A DNA stretch of 64,000 bases from Promethearchaeota archaeon (GCA_048937405.1 JBHLNF010000006.1:160001-224000); one strand, 5' to 3'. Positions 1 to 10,525 are shown, numbered from the stretch's first letter. The notes: generated by a model not told the origin, from the sequence alone. Numbers and translations: made by a program.

Positions 1-288
1 GAAAGATTGGGAACAAAAATGATAAGAATAAGCCCTAATAATAGTCTATTTCGTGATTCTCTTAAACCGATTGTTTCAAAAATTGAAGAAGACGCTGATT
101 CTTTAATTATTGAAGCTAATGATGTAAAGCAAGTTTGGACTACTATTGCTCAAATTTCATTAAAAAATAATGTGGTTGTTAATGAATTCCGTTTAACTGG
201 TTTAGAAATTGAAAATATTTTTATGAAAGCACTCGAAAAAGACAATAAAAATGTGGAGCTGAAAAATAATGAAAATGCAGAATTCTAG
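1..288 (+). CDS. C-terminal part of an ABC transporter ATP-binding protein (truncated by window edge)
   Basis: Ends in an 'LEIENIFMK' tail typical of ABC-2 ATPase C-termini and overlaps the start of an ABC-2 permease. Confidence 0.55.
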   Translation, partial: ERLGTKMIRISPNNSLFRDSLKPIVSKIEEDADSLIIEANDVKQVWTTIAQISLKNNVVVNEFRLTGLEIENIFMKALEKDNKNVELKNNENAEF

Positions 289-2158
289 ATTTAAAAAGTA
301 TACTATTCTAATTATTTTATTAATTGCTTCATCAATATTCTACTCAATAATTCAAAATATCTCAACATTCCAAGATCAAAAGAAATCTCATTCAAAATAT
401 TTACCAAATATGAGTTTAGTATATGATGGTAATGATGTTATACTTCTTGAAGACTCATTTATTAATGAAACCATTTTTATAATGGAAAATGCAGAAATTA
501 CCCTTATCAATACAACTGTTAAAAATAGCATTTATTTGTTCAATACGGGCATTCTAAATATTCAACAGGAATCAAGTATAACTGATAATATTGTTATTTC
601 AGATTTTTCAGCAGTAAATATTTCTAATTCAACAATCAATGGAAATATTGAATGTCGTGATTTTTCTTCTTTAAATATGGTTTCAAGTCAAACTGCCTCT
701 ACAATTATATGGAAATTTAATTCTGCAAACATCACAATTACAAGTAGTTCATTTTTTCAACTTAATGAATTTGGAATAGAAGGCCAAATTCTGATTTTAG
801 ATTCACTGATAAATAGTGTTAGTCTTAATGGATTATCTTCTTCTGAAGTATATATTAACAGTTCAAATATATTATTTCTTAATGATTTAGCAAAACCACT
901 TAATTATATTACAGGACCAACTCCAAATAGGTTTGTCTTATCAGAAGAAGGAATAATGTATCAAACAGCTATAAGAACTATAAATCTAACTTGGATAGGA
1001 TGGGATAGCCCAATAATAGATGGATATCTTAATGTTTCTTTCCAAATTTTGATAGATGGGCAATTTTATTATGAAGTGTATGGTTCAGGATTTTATAAAT
1101 ATTTCGTCGGTAGTTTACCCATTAATTTTAGTTCAACTGGAATTCACAATATTTCTCTTGTAAGTATTGATAGCTTAAGAAATAATTTTACATCCACAAT
1201 TACAATAAAAATATCTGAATACCCTTCTTTTAAATGGAATTATTTTGGATTAGGGGTTGGTATGCTTATAATTTTCATAGTTCTATTTGGTATATTATTA
1301 CGTTATCGACAAAATCGTGGATATTCTAGTTCTTTAGGAATTATTTTCAAAACTGAATTAGCTAATAGTAAGATCAAGATTATAATGTTTACGGGTATTG
1401 GAATAGTCCCTGGAATTATACTAAATTTAATATTTAGAATGATAAATCGAAGATTGGGCAGTATCAATATTGATCAGATTCGAAATATAACAAATATCTT
1501 TCTTGGTTTTTATCTTTTATATTTTGGAGTAGCATTTTCAATTGCTTTTGGTTCAAATAGTATTATAGGAGAAAAAAGTAGTGGATCATTATCTTGGTTC
1601 TTTAGTAAACCAGTAAGACGTTGGGAATTTCTGTGGGGAAAAATCTTGGCTTATATTTTGATTATTATTATAATAATGTTAGTTTCATCAATTTCATTTA
1701 CATTAAGTGGAATGTTATATGTAGATAAAATATATTATAATGATTTATTTTCTATTGGAGGATTTGTTTTTCTTATAGGTATAATTACACTAATTCCATT
1801 ACTAGCTATAGGTCTTTTATGCTCAACATTGTTCAAAAAAATAGGATTAGCTATTTTCATTCCAATGTTATTGTTTTTAATTTTTCCTTCATTCGTTAGT
1901 TTTTTACCAATCCTAGTTCGGCATGAATGGCCCCTCCTCTTAACAGATTCTTATTATTATGAAGAATTAGGACGGACTTGGATAGCTAATACAACTGGAG
2001 GATTTAGTACAATTACAGGAACTTTAAGTGAGTCACTCGGTTTCACTATTACTCCAATAAAATTAACACCAGTAAGTATTGTTTTAATATCATCATTTGT
2101 TACTTTAGCTTGTTTAGCTATATCAACCCTTTATTTTCGTAAAATAGATATTCCATAA
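269..2158 (+). CDS. ABC-2 type permease with large N-terminal extracellular beta-helix-like domain
   Basis: Signal/TM segment, Ser/Asn/Ile-rich repeats, then 'IIGEKSSGSLSWFFSKPVRRWEFLWGK' ABC-2 permease motif and several TMs. Confidence 0.75.
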   Translation: MKMQNSRFKKYTILIILLIASSIFYSIIQNISTFQDQKKSHSKYLPNMSLVYDGNDVILLEDSFINETIFIMENAEITLINTTVKNSIYLFNTGILNIQQESSITDNIVISDFSAVNISNSTINGNIECRDFSSLNMVSSQTASTIIWKFNSANITITSSSFFQLNEFGIEGQILILDSLINSVSLNGLSSSEVYINSSNILFLNDLAKPLNYITGPTPNRFVLSEEGIMYQTAIRTINLTWIGWDSPIIDGYLNVSFQILIDGQFYYEVYGSGFYKYFVGSLPINFSSTGIHNISLVSIDSLRNNFTSTITIKISEYPSFKWNYFGLGVGMLIIFIVLFGILLRYRQNRGYSSSLGIIFKTELANSKIKIIMFTGIGIVPGIILNLIFRMINRRLGSINIDQIRNITNIFLGFYLLYFGVAFSIAFGSNSIIGEKSSGSLSWFFSKPVRRWEFLWGKILAYILIIIIIMLVSSISFTLSGMLYVDKIYYNDLFSIGGFVFLIGIITLIPLLAIGLLCSTLFKKIGLAIFIPMLLFLIFPSFVSFLPILVRHEWPLLLTDSYYYEELGRTWIANTTGGFSTITGTLSESLGFTITPIKLTPVSIVLISSFVTLACLAISTLYFRKIDIP

Positions 2159-2371
2159 TTTTTATCGTAAAATTAAAAAAGTAACAATTTAGCATTTCTA
2201 TAACTCAATTAAGATATGAGTTTTATATAATTTATTAAGAACTTATAGATCAGCTTCTCTTCTCATTTTTTTCCTAATTCCCTTCTTCTTTTTAATAATA
2301 TATCACAACAGAATTTTGACTCTTTCGGACAATGAGAGTAAATCACTATCCAAAGAAATGAATTGAATTAT

Positions 2372-3646
2372 TTAATCAAAAAGAAGATTAAAATCCAAAT
2401 AAAGAGTAAATTCTTCTTTAGTACCATCAAACTTCTGTTTTGCGTTATGAATAATAAGTTCAATATTATCAGTATTTATTTTTTCAATCAGTGATTTATC
2501 AAATTTCGACCAATGAGGCATCCCTTCTAAGTATACATTCCATAGAGTTTTAGGTTTATTTTTTGATCTTAATTCAATTTCTTTAGAAAGCAAAATCCAA
2601 AAAAGAATTAATTTATATGAAATTCCAGTGTTAATTTTTAATGCCATACGTTGGAAACTGCCAAATGCTAAAATCATTAAAAATGCTAAGGAGTATCTCA
2701 ATTGGATTTTATAAGTATGGATTAAGTATTTATCTTTTAATGAATCCCAATCTAATTTGTTGAATAATTGATTACTATTCTCATTTACACTACGCCTTAG
2801 TATATCAAAATAAAATTCTTTAGTCAAATATGGCTTTGTTTCAACAAATTGGAATATTCTGAGAGCGCTAGCGAGCCGCCATTCCAACCATTCTTGTGAA
2901 TAACTTATTGCTTTATTTAATGCTACCTCCTTATTTGGCCAGAGATTTAAAATAATTTTTAATTTTGAACTTATCTCATCATAATACTTAATATAATGGT
3001 CAAAAATCTTAGTGTAGAAGTAACCAAGTATATCAATATATGTAAAAACTTCCAATACATCAATGAATTGGTTAATAGCATTTGATTTTAAGATTAGCTC
3101 AATAAATTCTGGATCATTTAATAATGAATAAATCCCATAAAATGTAGATTCTCCAGTAAATATCGTGGCAATAAGTAAATGATACTGAATCAATTTTTTG
3201 ATAAGTAATTTCTCGTTTTTTGAAAATTTAAAAGCATCAAGTAAGTTCATACCTGAAACAAGTTGATAACTATGATATGGATGTTTTTTATTATCAATAT
3301 ATCTCCCAATATCATGATACATTAAGAGGATTGGCAGGATTAATTCATTTTGGGTGTGTTGATTCAAAACTTTTTTTTTAAGTATAATTGATGATTCCTT
3401 CGAAAGGGTTTCATGATAAAATTCTCCATTTTTAATTAAAAAGAATATTTTATAGGATCTGAAGATGTGTCTAATTGTTCTTTGAAATTCATCCTTGTTT
3501 TTCGCTTTAGCATTTTGAAAAATGTCCTTTAAGTTTGGAAATATAGAAATAAGCGAAATAAATTCTTGAGTTATATCAATATTTTCTACTGAATCAACCC
3601 AAGACAATTCTATGTTTTGAAAAAGTTTTTCTAATAAATCCAGCAT
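2372..3646 (-). CDS. HD-domain-containing protein
   Basis: H...YHDIG...H..S...YH...D pattern; 424 aa ORF. Confidence 0.55.
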   Translation of the reverse strand: MLDLLEKLFQNIELSWVDSVENIDITQEFISLISIFPNLKDIFQNAKAKNKDEFQRTIRHIFRSYKIFFLIKNGEFYHETLSKESSIILKKKVLNQHTQNELILPILLMYHDIGRYIDNKKHPYHSYQLVSGMNLLDAFKFSKNEKLLIKKLIQYHLLIATIFTGESTFYGIYSLLNDPEFIELILKSNAINQFIDVLEVFTYIDILGYFYTKIFDHYIKYYDEISSKLKIILNLWPNKEVALNKAISYSQEWLEWRLASALRIFQFVETKPYLTKEFYFDILRRSVNENSNQLFNKLDWDSLKDKYLIHTYKIQLRYSLAFLMILAFGSFQRMALKINTGISYKLILFWILLSKEIELRSKNKPKTLWNVYLEGMPHWSKFDKSLIEKINTDNIELIIHNAKQKFDGTKEEFTLYLDFNLLFD

Positions 3647-3649
3647 ATC

Positions 3650-4606
3650 TCATCTAATTCTTTTTTCTAATATTTGAAAAAAAGGTTCTATATCAATATT
3701 GCCACCACTTAATATTAAACCTATTTTTTTATTTTTAACCAGTACTTTTTTTGTTAGTACTGCTGCTAATGGAACTGCTCCAGATGGTTCTACAACCATT
3801 TTCATACGATTCCATAAGAATCTCATCGCTTCAACTATTTCCATTTCAGTTACTGTTATAATTTGATCTACATACTTTCTGATGAAATTAAAAGTTCTCT
3901 CACAAATTGAAGTACGTAATCCATCAGCAATAGTATTTGGATATGTACTTTGTATAATATACCCTGCTTTAAGAGATCTTAACGCGTCATCTGCTAGAGA
4001 GGGTTCAACACCTATCACATTAACGTCTGGAAGTAATCCTTTCGAGGCTATACCTGTACCGCTCAATAAACCACCCCCACCTAAAGGAGAAATAATTATA
4101 TCTAATTTACCAATTTCTTTAATAAGTTCATAAGCTACAGTTCCTGCTCCATTAATTATATTATCATTATCATAAGGATGAATTAAAATCAAATTTTTTT
4201 CTTCTATTAATTTCTTTGTAGTTTTAACTCTGGATCCCAGATTATTTTCACAAAATACTACTTTCGCCCCATATCCTTTGGTTGCATTTATTTTATTCTT
4301 TGGAGCTCCTCTTGGCATTACTATTGTTGAGTCTATTCCTAATATTGAAGCCGCGAGTGCTAAAGCTTGAGCATGGTTACCACTTGAATGAGTTATAACT
4401 CCCTGTTGCTTCTCTTTTTTTAAAAGCAAGCTCAATGAATTGAAGGCACCCCTAAATTTAAAAGCACCTACTCTTTGAAAATTCTCACATTTAAAAAAAA
4501 TTTCTGCGTTCATGAGAGAATTCAATGTTCTTGATTTCATTACTGGTGTCCGATTAACTATATTTCTTATTCTACTATAAGCTTCCTCTATGCCTTGAAA
4601 TGACAT
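3650..4606 (-). CDS. PLP-dependent serine/threonine dehydratase / serine racemase family protein
   Basis: KCENFQRVGAFKFRGA, SSGNHAQ, GGGGL, EPSGA and SGGN motifs; no ACT domain. Confidence 0.9.
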   Translation of the reverse strand: MSFQGIEEAYSRIRNIVNRTPVMKSRTLNSLMNAEIFFKCENFQRVGAFKFRGAFNSLSLLLKKEKQQGVITHSSGNHAQALALAASILGIDSTIVMPRGAPKNKINATKGYGAKVVFCENNLGSRVKTTKKLIEEKNLILIHPYDNDNIINGAGTVAYELIKEIGKLDIIISPLGGGGLLSGTGIASKGLLPDVNVIGVEPSLADDALRSLKAGYIIQSTYPNTIADGLRTSICERTFNFIRKYVDQIITVTEMEIVEAMRFLWNRMKMVVEPSGAVPLAAVLTKKVLVKNKKIGLILSGGNIDIEPFFQILEKRIR

Positions 4607-4763
4607 CTATAAATGAAATTTTAAATGATGGTTTATATCTTTAGAAGTATTTTAGAATTAAAATGATATAGAAAATTTAAAAATATACGATAGTTTTTAT
4701 CGCTTTGATATGTTCCCACTTTTCTGGCTTATTTTCTTAAAATAGGATATTAGCTTTTTCCAA

Positions 4764-5765
4764 TTATTTTTGCTTTTTTTTTAGAACTAATTCGTAAATC
4801 GCTTGCACATTTTTTTGAAGATCAAAACTGTCAAATTCAATCCCTAATCTGTCGCTTAATAGTGTTGGGATATGTTCTGGTTTAATAAAAATGGGAATTA
4901 TCGGTTTTTGTATTGCTTCGGCAGCCATCCATTCTTTCTTAACAGGAACGGACTCTAGGGCATTAGGAGAACAAAATAAAAGCACAACATCACTTCTCCT
5001 AAGATTATCATTCATATATTCAATTATACTATCATGCATATCTTCTTGCCAATACAGTACTTCACCAATTTCCTTATATCCTTCAAGTTTTCTGGAAAAC
5101 TCAGCAATATTATATAAATCAGCGTCTCTGGTGGCATAACTAACAAAGACTAATAATCCCTCCTTTTTTTCGGGTTCTTTAATTGAAGATACTGACGTTT
5201 CATATCCCGTAGGTGAAGTTACGATTTCTACTTCTTTTTTGAGTTTAAGTATATTCCCTCTAATTTCAGCATTGAACTCTTCATTTAGTATCATATTTTC
5301 AATAATTTCAATTAGCTGAGCTCTATCTAAATTTGTTTTTGAGGCTAAATCATCAAGACTAATTTCTTTATATAATTTAGGTAATGTTTTAATATATTCT
5401 ATCGCATTAGATATTTTAACTTCTTCATATCGCTCTAATTTCTCTGATAAAACTGAGAAAAGTTTATCTCTTGATATCATATTTGTCTTACTTGATTTAG
5501 CAAACATACGAAGTCTGTAATTCATCCCATTTGAATCATATATAATAAGATAATAATTCTTTTCTCTCTCTAATCTATTAATCTCAATATAATTTAATGA
5601 AAACTTTCCTATAGTAATTTTATCATCATCTAATAGAATTTTTCCATAACCATGCGCTCTTGATCTTAATAGGTTCCATGAATAAACCTTTGGTTTAAAA
5701 TTATAGGGTAAAACATACCAATCTTTTCTTTCCCACTTTTCTAATTTTTTTTTTTCTTCTGACAT
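4764..5765 (-). CDS. Variable N-terminal domain + PCI/winged-helix + TIR domain protein (copy 1)
   Basis: VFVSYA...VVLLFCSPNALESVPVKKEW TIR motifs; 'EISLDDLASKTNLDRAQLIEIIENMILNEEFNAEI' resembles a PCI winged helix. Confidence 0.8.
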   Translation of the reverse strand: MSEEKKKLEKWERKDWYVLPYNFKPKVYSWNLLRSRAHGYGKILLDDDKITIGKFSLNYIEINRLEREKNYYLIIYDSNGMNYRLRMFAKSSKTNMISRDKLFSVLSEKLERYEEVKISNAIEYIKTLPKLYKEISLDDLASKTNLDRAQLIEIIENMILNEEFNAEIRGNILKLKKEVEIVTSPTGYETSVSSIKEPEKKEGLLVFVSYATRDADLYNIAEFSRKLEGYKEIGEVLYWQEDMHDSIIEYMNDNLRRSDVVLLFCSPNALESVPVKKEWMAAEAIQKPIIPIFIKPEHIPTLLSDRLGIEFDSFDLQKNVQAIYELVLKKKQK

Positions 5766-5783
5766 AATCTAGACCTTTTATGA

Positions 5784-6827
5784 TTAATTTTGCTTTTTTT
5801 TTAATATCAACTCATATATTTCTTGAACATTTCCTTGAAAATTAAAATTGTCAAATTCGATACCTAACCTATCACTTAAAAGGGGAGGGATATGTTCTGC
5901 CTTGAAGAAGATTGGAATTATCGGTTTATTTAAGGATTCCGCAGCCATCCATTCTTTCTTTACAGGAACAGAATCTAACGCATTGGGGGAACAAAATAAA
6001 AGCACGACATCGCTTCTCCCTAGATTATCGTTCATATATTCGATTATACTATCATGCATGTCTTCCTGCCAATATAGTACTTCACCAATTTCATTATATA
6101 CTTCAAGTTTTCTGGCAAGTTCAGCAATATTAAATAAATCAGCATCCTTGGTCGCATAACTTACAAATACCAGCATCCCTTCTTTTTTTTCAGTTTTTTG
6201 AATTACAGAAGTTTCTGAAGTATATCCTGTAGGTGAAGTTACGATTTCTGCTTCTTTTTTGAGTCTAAGCATATTACCTCTAATCTCAGCATTGAACTCT
6301 TCATTTAATATCATACTTTCAATAATTTCAATTAGCTGAGCTCTATCTAAATTTGTTTTTGAAGCTAAATCATCCAAATTTATCTCTTTATATAAATTAT
6401 GAAGAGTCTTAATATATTCTATAGTATCAGATATTCTTTTTTTTTCGTTTATTACAAATTTTTCTTTTAGAATTAAAAAGGCTTTATTTTGCGCTATATT
6501 TCTTTTATTAGGTTTTACTAACCAAGCAATATGTATATAATAACTTCTTCCTTCAATATCTTGTATAGCAACATATTCAAAATTATTTTTATCTTTCCAT
6601 ATGTTTAACTTTCCTATATTAGCATATTTTAAAGAAAAATCACCTATTGAAAATTTGTGATCCTCAATTTTCAATAAATCCTTACCTATAAATCTTTTTT
6701 CACTTAATTTAACCTTACTATGTTCAAAGGTTGGAAAATAATTGAGTTGATATATAGCCCAATCTTTTTTTTTCCACTTTTCTGGCTTTTTTTTTTCTTG
6801 CTTTATTTCTTGAGACATAACCCTCAC
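5784..6827 (-). CDS. Variable N-terminal domain + PCI/winged-helix + TIR domain protein (copy 2)
   Basis: Tandem paralogue of 4764-5765; C-terminal ~210 aa highly similar, N-terminus divergent. Confidence 0.8.
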   Translation of the reverse strand: MRVMSQEIKQEKKKPEKWKKKDWAIYQLNYFPTFEHSKVKLSEKRFIGKDLLKIEDHKFSIGDFSLKYANIGKLNIWKDKNNFEYVAIQDIEGRSYYIHIAWLVKPNKRNIAQNKAFLILKEKFVINEKKRISDTIEYIKTLHNLYKEINLDDLASKTNLDRAQLIEIIESMILNEEFNAEIRGNMLRLKKEAEIVTSPTGYTSETSVIQKTEKKEGMLVFVSYATKDADLFNIAELARKLEVYNEIGEVLYWQEDMHDSIIEYMNDNLGRSDVVLLFCSPNALDSVPVKKEWMAAESLNKPIIPIFFKAEHIPPLLSDRLGIEFDNFNFQGNVQEIYELILKKKQN

Positions 6828-6978
6828 ACTCTATAAAAATACAAAATTGTAAATATTGATATTGCATTTATCTTTATATTTTATTTAAGTCTTTTTGTTT
6901 TCTTTCTTTAAAAACAATAATTTTAGGAAGATTTCTTCAATGAAATATGATATTAATTTAAACTAATAGAGAAATTTG

Positions 6979-7004
6979 TCTTAAGAATTAGAGCATTCTT
7001 AAGA
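6979..7004. promoter_or_regulatory. Perfect 10-bp inverted repeat TCTTAAGAAT-n6-ATTCTTAAGA
   Basis: Read directly; lies between the dehydrogenase stop and the TIR gene start. Could be an operator or an RNA hairpin. Confidence 0.35.
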
Positions 7005-7095
7005 TTACAGAGTTTTAATTATATTGATTTTTTTTACAGTTAGTCTGATTGAAATCGTATTTTTTCTAATAAAAACAAAAAATAACGAAGAAAAA

Positions 7096-8076
7096 TTAAA
7101 TTTTAACTAATAATTTTACAAAATTCCTTCCAGTAGCTTTTAGAAATTTCTCGAAAACCTTTTGTAAGTCTTTTAATTGAACAACATCAGAAATAAATTC
7201 ACTTGCATCTACTTTTCCCTTTGCAAATAAATCGATCGCAGCTAGAATATCATCTCGATCGTGACCTAAACTTCCTTTCAAAGTTACCTCTTTAGAATTT
7301 AACATGAATACAGGAAATGTTATAGTTCCTTTATGTACACCCTCTAATAAAATAGTCCCTCCTTTTTTAATAAAGTATACCGCATTGGAAAGTGTTTCTT
7401 CATTTGCCACACAATCAAAAATAAATGTTGGTATACCAAGATTTTTTGTTATTTTTTTTATTTTGGCTCTGCTTGTACCAACTGCATCTGTTGCACCTAT
7501 TTCAATTGCTTTATTGCGTAGAAATTCTTGGGGCTCAACCACAATTACATAATTGGGATCTTTTTCAATTAAGACTGATTTTAAAGCTACTAATCCTACA
7601 TTTCCTCCTCCAATGATGAGAATATTTTCATTTTTTTCAATTCTCGATAATTTAAACGCTCGCATTATTAACGCAAATGTTTCAATCATTACCGCATCTT
7701 TAGTAGATACATTTTCAGGAAGAGGAAATATTGATACTTTAGGTACTTTTACATACTCAGCAAATCCTCCATCTTGAAACATTCCTAAACCATTTAAACT
7801 ACCTTGAGTAACATCAAGCGCAACATTAACGCAGAGAACTTTATCTCCTACTTTTGCTTCAGAAAAATTCTCACCAATTTCTACAATTTCTCCTGTAATT
7901 TCATGCCCTCCTATTATGGGCATTTTATATAATTTATATTTAAAATGAGTTATATCACTCCCACAGATTCCACAATAATGGACTCTAACTAGAGCTTCAT
8001 CTGGACCAGGAATTGGTTTAGGATAATCTTCCTTATATATTATTTTTTTAACATCTTCAATAACTGCTGCTTTCAT
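7096..8076 (-). CDS. Zinc-dependent alcohol dehydrogenase (MDR family)
   Basis: CGICGSD, GHE and GGGNVG motifs; lacks the structural-Zn four-Cys lobe. Confidence 0.9.
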   Translation of the reverse strand: MKAAVIEDVKKIIYKEDYPKPIPGPDEALVRVHYCGICGSDITHFKYKLYKMPIIGGHEITGEIVEIGENFSEAKVGDKVLCVNVALDVTQGSLNGLGMFQDGGFAEYVKVPKVSIFPLPENVSTKDAVMIETFALIMRAFKLSRIEKNENILIIGGGNVGLVALKSVLIEKDPNYVIVVEPQEFLRNKAIEIGATDAVGTSRAKIKKITKNLGIPTFIFDCVANEETLSNAVYFIKKGGTILLEGVHKGTITFPVFMLNSKEVTLKGSLGHDRDDILAAIDLFAKGKVDASEFISDVVQLKDLQKVFEKFLKATGRNFVKLLVKI

Positions 8077-8144
8077 AGATTTTTCACATCTTTATGTATT
8101 TTTTAATATTAATTAAAGATTACTAATTAAAATTAAAAAAAGAA

Positions 8145-8249
8145 CAAAAGGAATATTAATTCAATCTCTTTGATTAAATTAAGAGGGAGAATTAGATCAT
8201 CTTTCAATGAGGGGCGAAGTCTAATGATGATTGAATTTAGTTCCTTTTG
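8145..8249 (+). ncRNA. Candidate structured RNA (multi-stem junction with k-turn-like motif)
   Basis: Nested stems CAAAAGGAA/TTCCTTTTG, AATTCAATC/GATTGAATT, ATTAGAT/GTCTAAT and CTTTC/GAGGG; the wobble pairs read as G-U only on the + strand. Confidence 0.4.
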
Positions 8250-8356
8250 ATTTTCTTATACAATATCGTATAAATAGGTTAATGCAATTTTTGCATTTTA
8301 TTTTATATAAGTATAATATTTTAATATCTTAGGATTTATCAATGGAATAGAAGAAG

Positions 8357-9160
8357 ATGAATTTAACAGAGGATCAGATTGATAGATATTCTCGTCAAAT
8401 TGTTCTCAAGGAAATTGGGGGAATTGGACAAAAAAAATTATTGAATTCAAAAGTTTCTTTAATTGGATTGGGGGCACTTGGATCACCTGCTGCATATTAT
8501 TTAGTAGCTGCAGGAATTGGTTATTTAAAAGTGATTGATTATGATTTAGTCGAACCTTCAAATTTACATAGGCAGATTCTCCATTTCACAAAAGATATTA
8601 ATCGAAAAAAAACAGAGAGTGCCATTGAAAAACTAAATCTTTTAAATCCAGATTGTAATATTGAGGTTATTTCAGATAAGATTACCCCTCTAAATGCTAA
8701 AAAAATTATCAAAGGATCTGATTTTGTGATAGAAGGCTCTGACAACTTTCCTACCAAAGTGTTAGTTAATGATACATGTATCTCTTTACAGATCCCATTT
8801 ACTATAGCAGGTGTATTAAGATTCAATGGACAAATTATGACAACGGTTCCTGAGAAAAAAACTGCCTGTTATAGATGTATTTTTGGTGAAGTATCTAGTG
8901 CTGGTACAGGAATGTCATGTTCAGAAGCAGGAGTTATTGGATTAATTCCAGGAATCCTAGGTTGTATTGAAGCAAATGAAGCTATTAAATGTATTCTGAA
9001 TGTGGGGGATTTAATCACAAATAAGATATTGTATGTGGATCTCTTACGAAATACGTTTAATTTTATTGATATTTACAGAGATGAAAATTGTATTGCATGT
9101 GGAGAAAATGCAGTAGATTTAGTTGGTACCTATAACTATAGGATAGAAGATATATGCTAG
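8357..9160 (+). CDS. moeB: MoeB/ThiF/UbaA family E1-like adenylyltransferase
   Basis: RYSRQ, GLGALG, DxDxVExSNLHRQ, CYRC and CxxC motifs. Confidence 0.9.
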   Translation: MNLTEDQIDRYSRQIVLKEIGGIGQKKLLNSKVSLIGLGALGSPAAYYLVAAGIGYLKVIDYDLVEPSNLHRQILHFTKDINRKKTESAIEKLNLLNPDCNIEVISDKITPLNAKKIIKGSDFVIEGSDNFPTKVLVNDTCISLQIPFTIAGVLRFNGQIMTTVPEKKTACYRCIFGEVSSAGTGMSCSEAGVIGLIPGILGCIEANEAIKCILNVGDLITNKILYVDLLRNTFNFIDIYRDENCIACGENAVDLVGTYNYRIEDIC

Positions 9161-9181
9161 TAAAAAGTTCAAAAAAAAGAT

Positions 9182-9424
9182 TTGATAATTATGTTAAAAA
9201 AACTGGATATTAAAGGTAAAGTATGCCCTATGACATTTGTCTATACTAAATTAACTCTTGAAGAATTGAATCAAGGTGATATTTTAGAAGTTATTTTAGA
9301 TTTTCCTCCTGCAGCAAAAAGTATATCAAAAAATTGCATTCGTCAAAACCTCGCAGAGTTAATAGAAAAAAAAGAACTTGAACCAGAAGAAGGTATATGG
9401 CTTCTGAAACTAAAGAAGCTTTAA
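9182..9424 (+). CDS. tusA: Sulfurtransferase TusA family (start may be ATG 9191)
   Basis: LDIKGKVCPM (CPxP-like) and GDILEVILD motifs. Confidence 0.85.
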   Translation: MIIMLKKLDIKGKVCPMTFVYTKLTLEELNQGDILEVILDFPPAAKSISKNCIRQNLAELIEKKELEPEEGIWLLKLKKL

Positions 9425-9443
9425 AAATCAATATTTAATTCAA

Positions 9444-10460
9444 ATGAGATATACTAACGATATCCTCCTAGGACTTGGATTAATTTCCGGAGGATTGGAT
9501 AGTTTAATTGCTTCTTTAATACTGAAATTACAAGATATTGAAATTGTGGGACTTAATTTTAAATCACCATTTTGTAATTGTGATAAAGCCTTAAAAAATT
9601 CAGAATGTGGTCTAAATTTATATTATGAAAAATTAGGAATTACAACTTATTATCAATATAAGAAAGAAGATTATCTAGATATAATTCGCAATCCAATATA
9701 TGGTTATGGGAGAAATTTAAATCCATGTATCGATTGCAGAATATATATATTAAAAAAAGCCAATAAATTTGCAAAAAAAATTAAAGCTGATTTTATTTTT
9801 ACAGGAGAAGTTTTAAATCAAAGACCTAAATCTCAAAATAGGCGAGCTTTAAAGATCGTAGAACGTGAAGCAGGTCTAAAAGGAAAATTGCTAAGACCTT
9901 TGTCTGCTTTATTGTTGGAACCAACTATTCTTGAAAAACAAGGCTATATTGAAAGATCTAAATTATTAGGTATCAATGGACGAAGTAGAAAGATTCAACT
10001 CGAAATTGCTCAGAAATATGGATTATTAAATTCATATTATGCATGTGGTGGATGTTTATTAACTGATAAAGGATTTTCGAATCGAATGAAAGATTTTATT
10101 AAATATCATGGGAAACTTAAAATGAAGGATGTGAAAATTCTAAAATATGGACGTCATTTTAGATATAATCAATCAAAAATTATAGTAGGAAGAAATGAGT
10201 TAGAAAATAAGTTATTACTTCAATTGAAATATAATAATGATTTAATAATGCAAGCTGAAAAGGTGTCAGGTCCAATTACTATAATTCAAGGAAAAAGAGA
10301 TAATGAAGTAATGAAGTTTGCCGCGGAACTAACTTTAAGATATTCAGATAACACTGATACTAATGGAAGAATTGTTTATGGTACAAAGATACATTCCTTA
10401 AATAATTTCATCAATGTTGATAAAATTAAGAAGGAAAAAATAAAACAATATATTTTATGA
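9444..10460 (+). CDS. ThiI/MnmA-like PP-loop tRNA sulfurtransferase without THUMP domain
   Basis: SGGLDS PP-loop, NPCIDC, TGEVLNQRPKSQ, RPL and GGCLLT motifs. Confidence 0.75.
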   Translation: MRYTNDILLGLGLISGGLDSLIASLILKLQDIEIVGLNFKSPFCNCDKALKNSECGLNLYYEKLGITTYYQYKKEDYLDIIRNPIYGYGRNLNPCIDCRIYILKKANKFAKKIKADFIFTGEVLNQRPKSQNRRALKIVEREAGLKGKLLRPLSALLLEPTILEKQGYIERSKLLGINGRSRKIQLEIAQKYGLLNSYYACGGCLLTDKGFSNRMKDFIKYHGKLKMKDVKILKYGRHFRYNQSKIIVGRNELENKLLLQLKYNNDLIMQAEKVSGPITIIQGKRDNEVMKFAAELTLRYSDNTDTNGRIVYGTKIHSLNNFINVDKIKKEKIKQYIL

Positions 10461-10525
10461 AATGAGAATGGAAAATTAATTTATTATGTATTATATTTAT
10501 TTTTTAGCTTTTATTTGTGTTTTTA

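Noticed and set aside
8145-8249. Assignment of the structured region as a TPP or Moco riboswitch, hammerhead or C/D guide
   Set aside because: Only partial resemblance; the diagnostic consensus elements are missing, so it is left unclassified.
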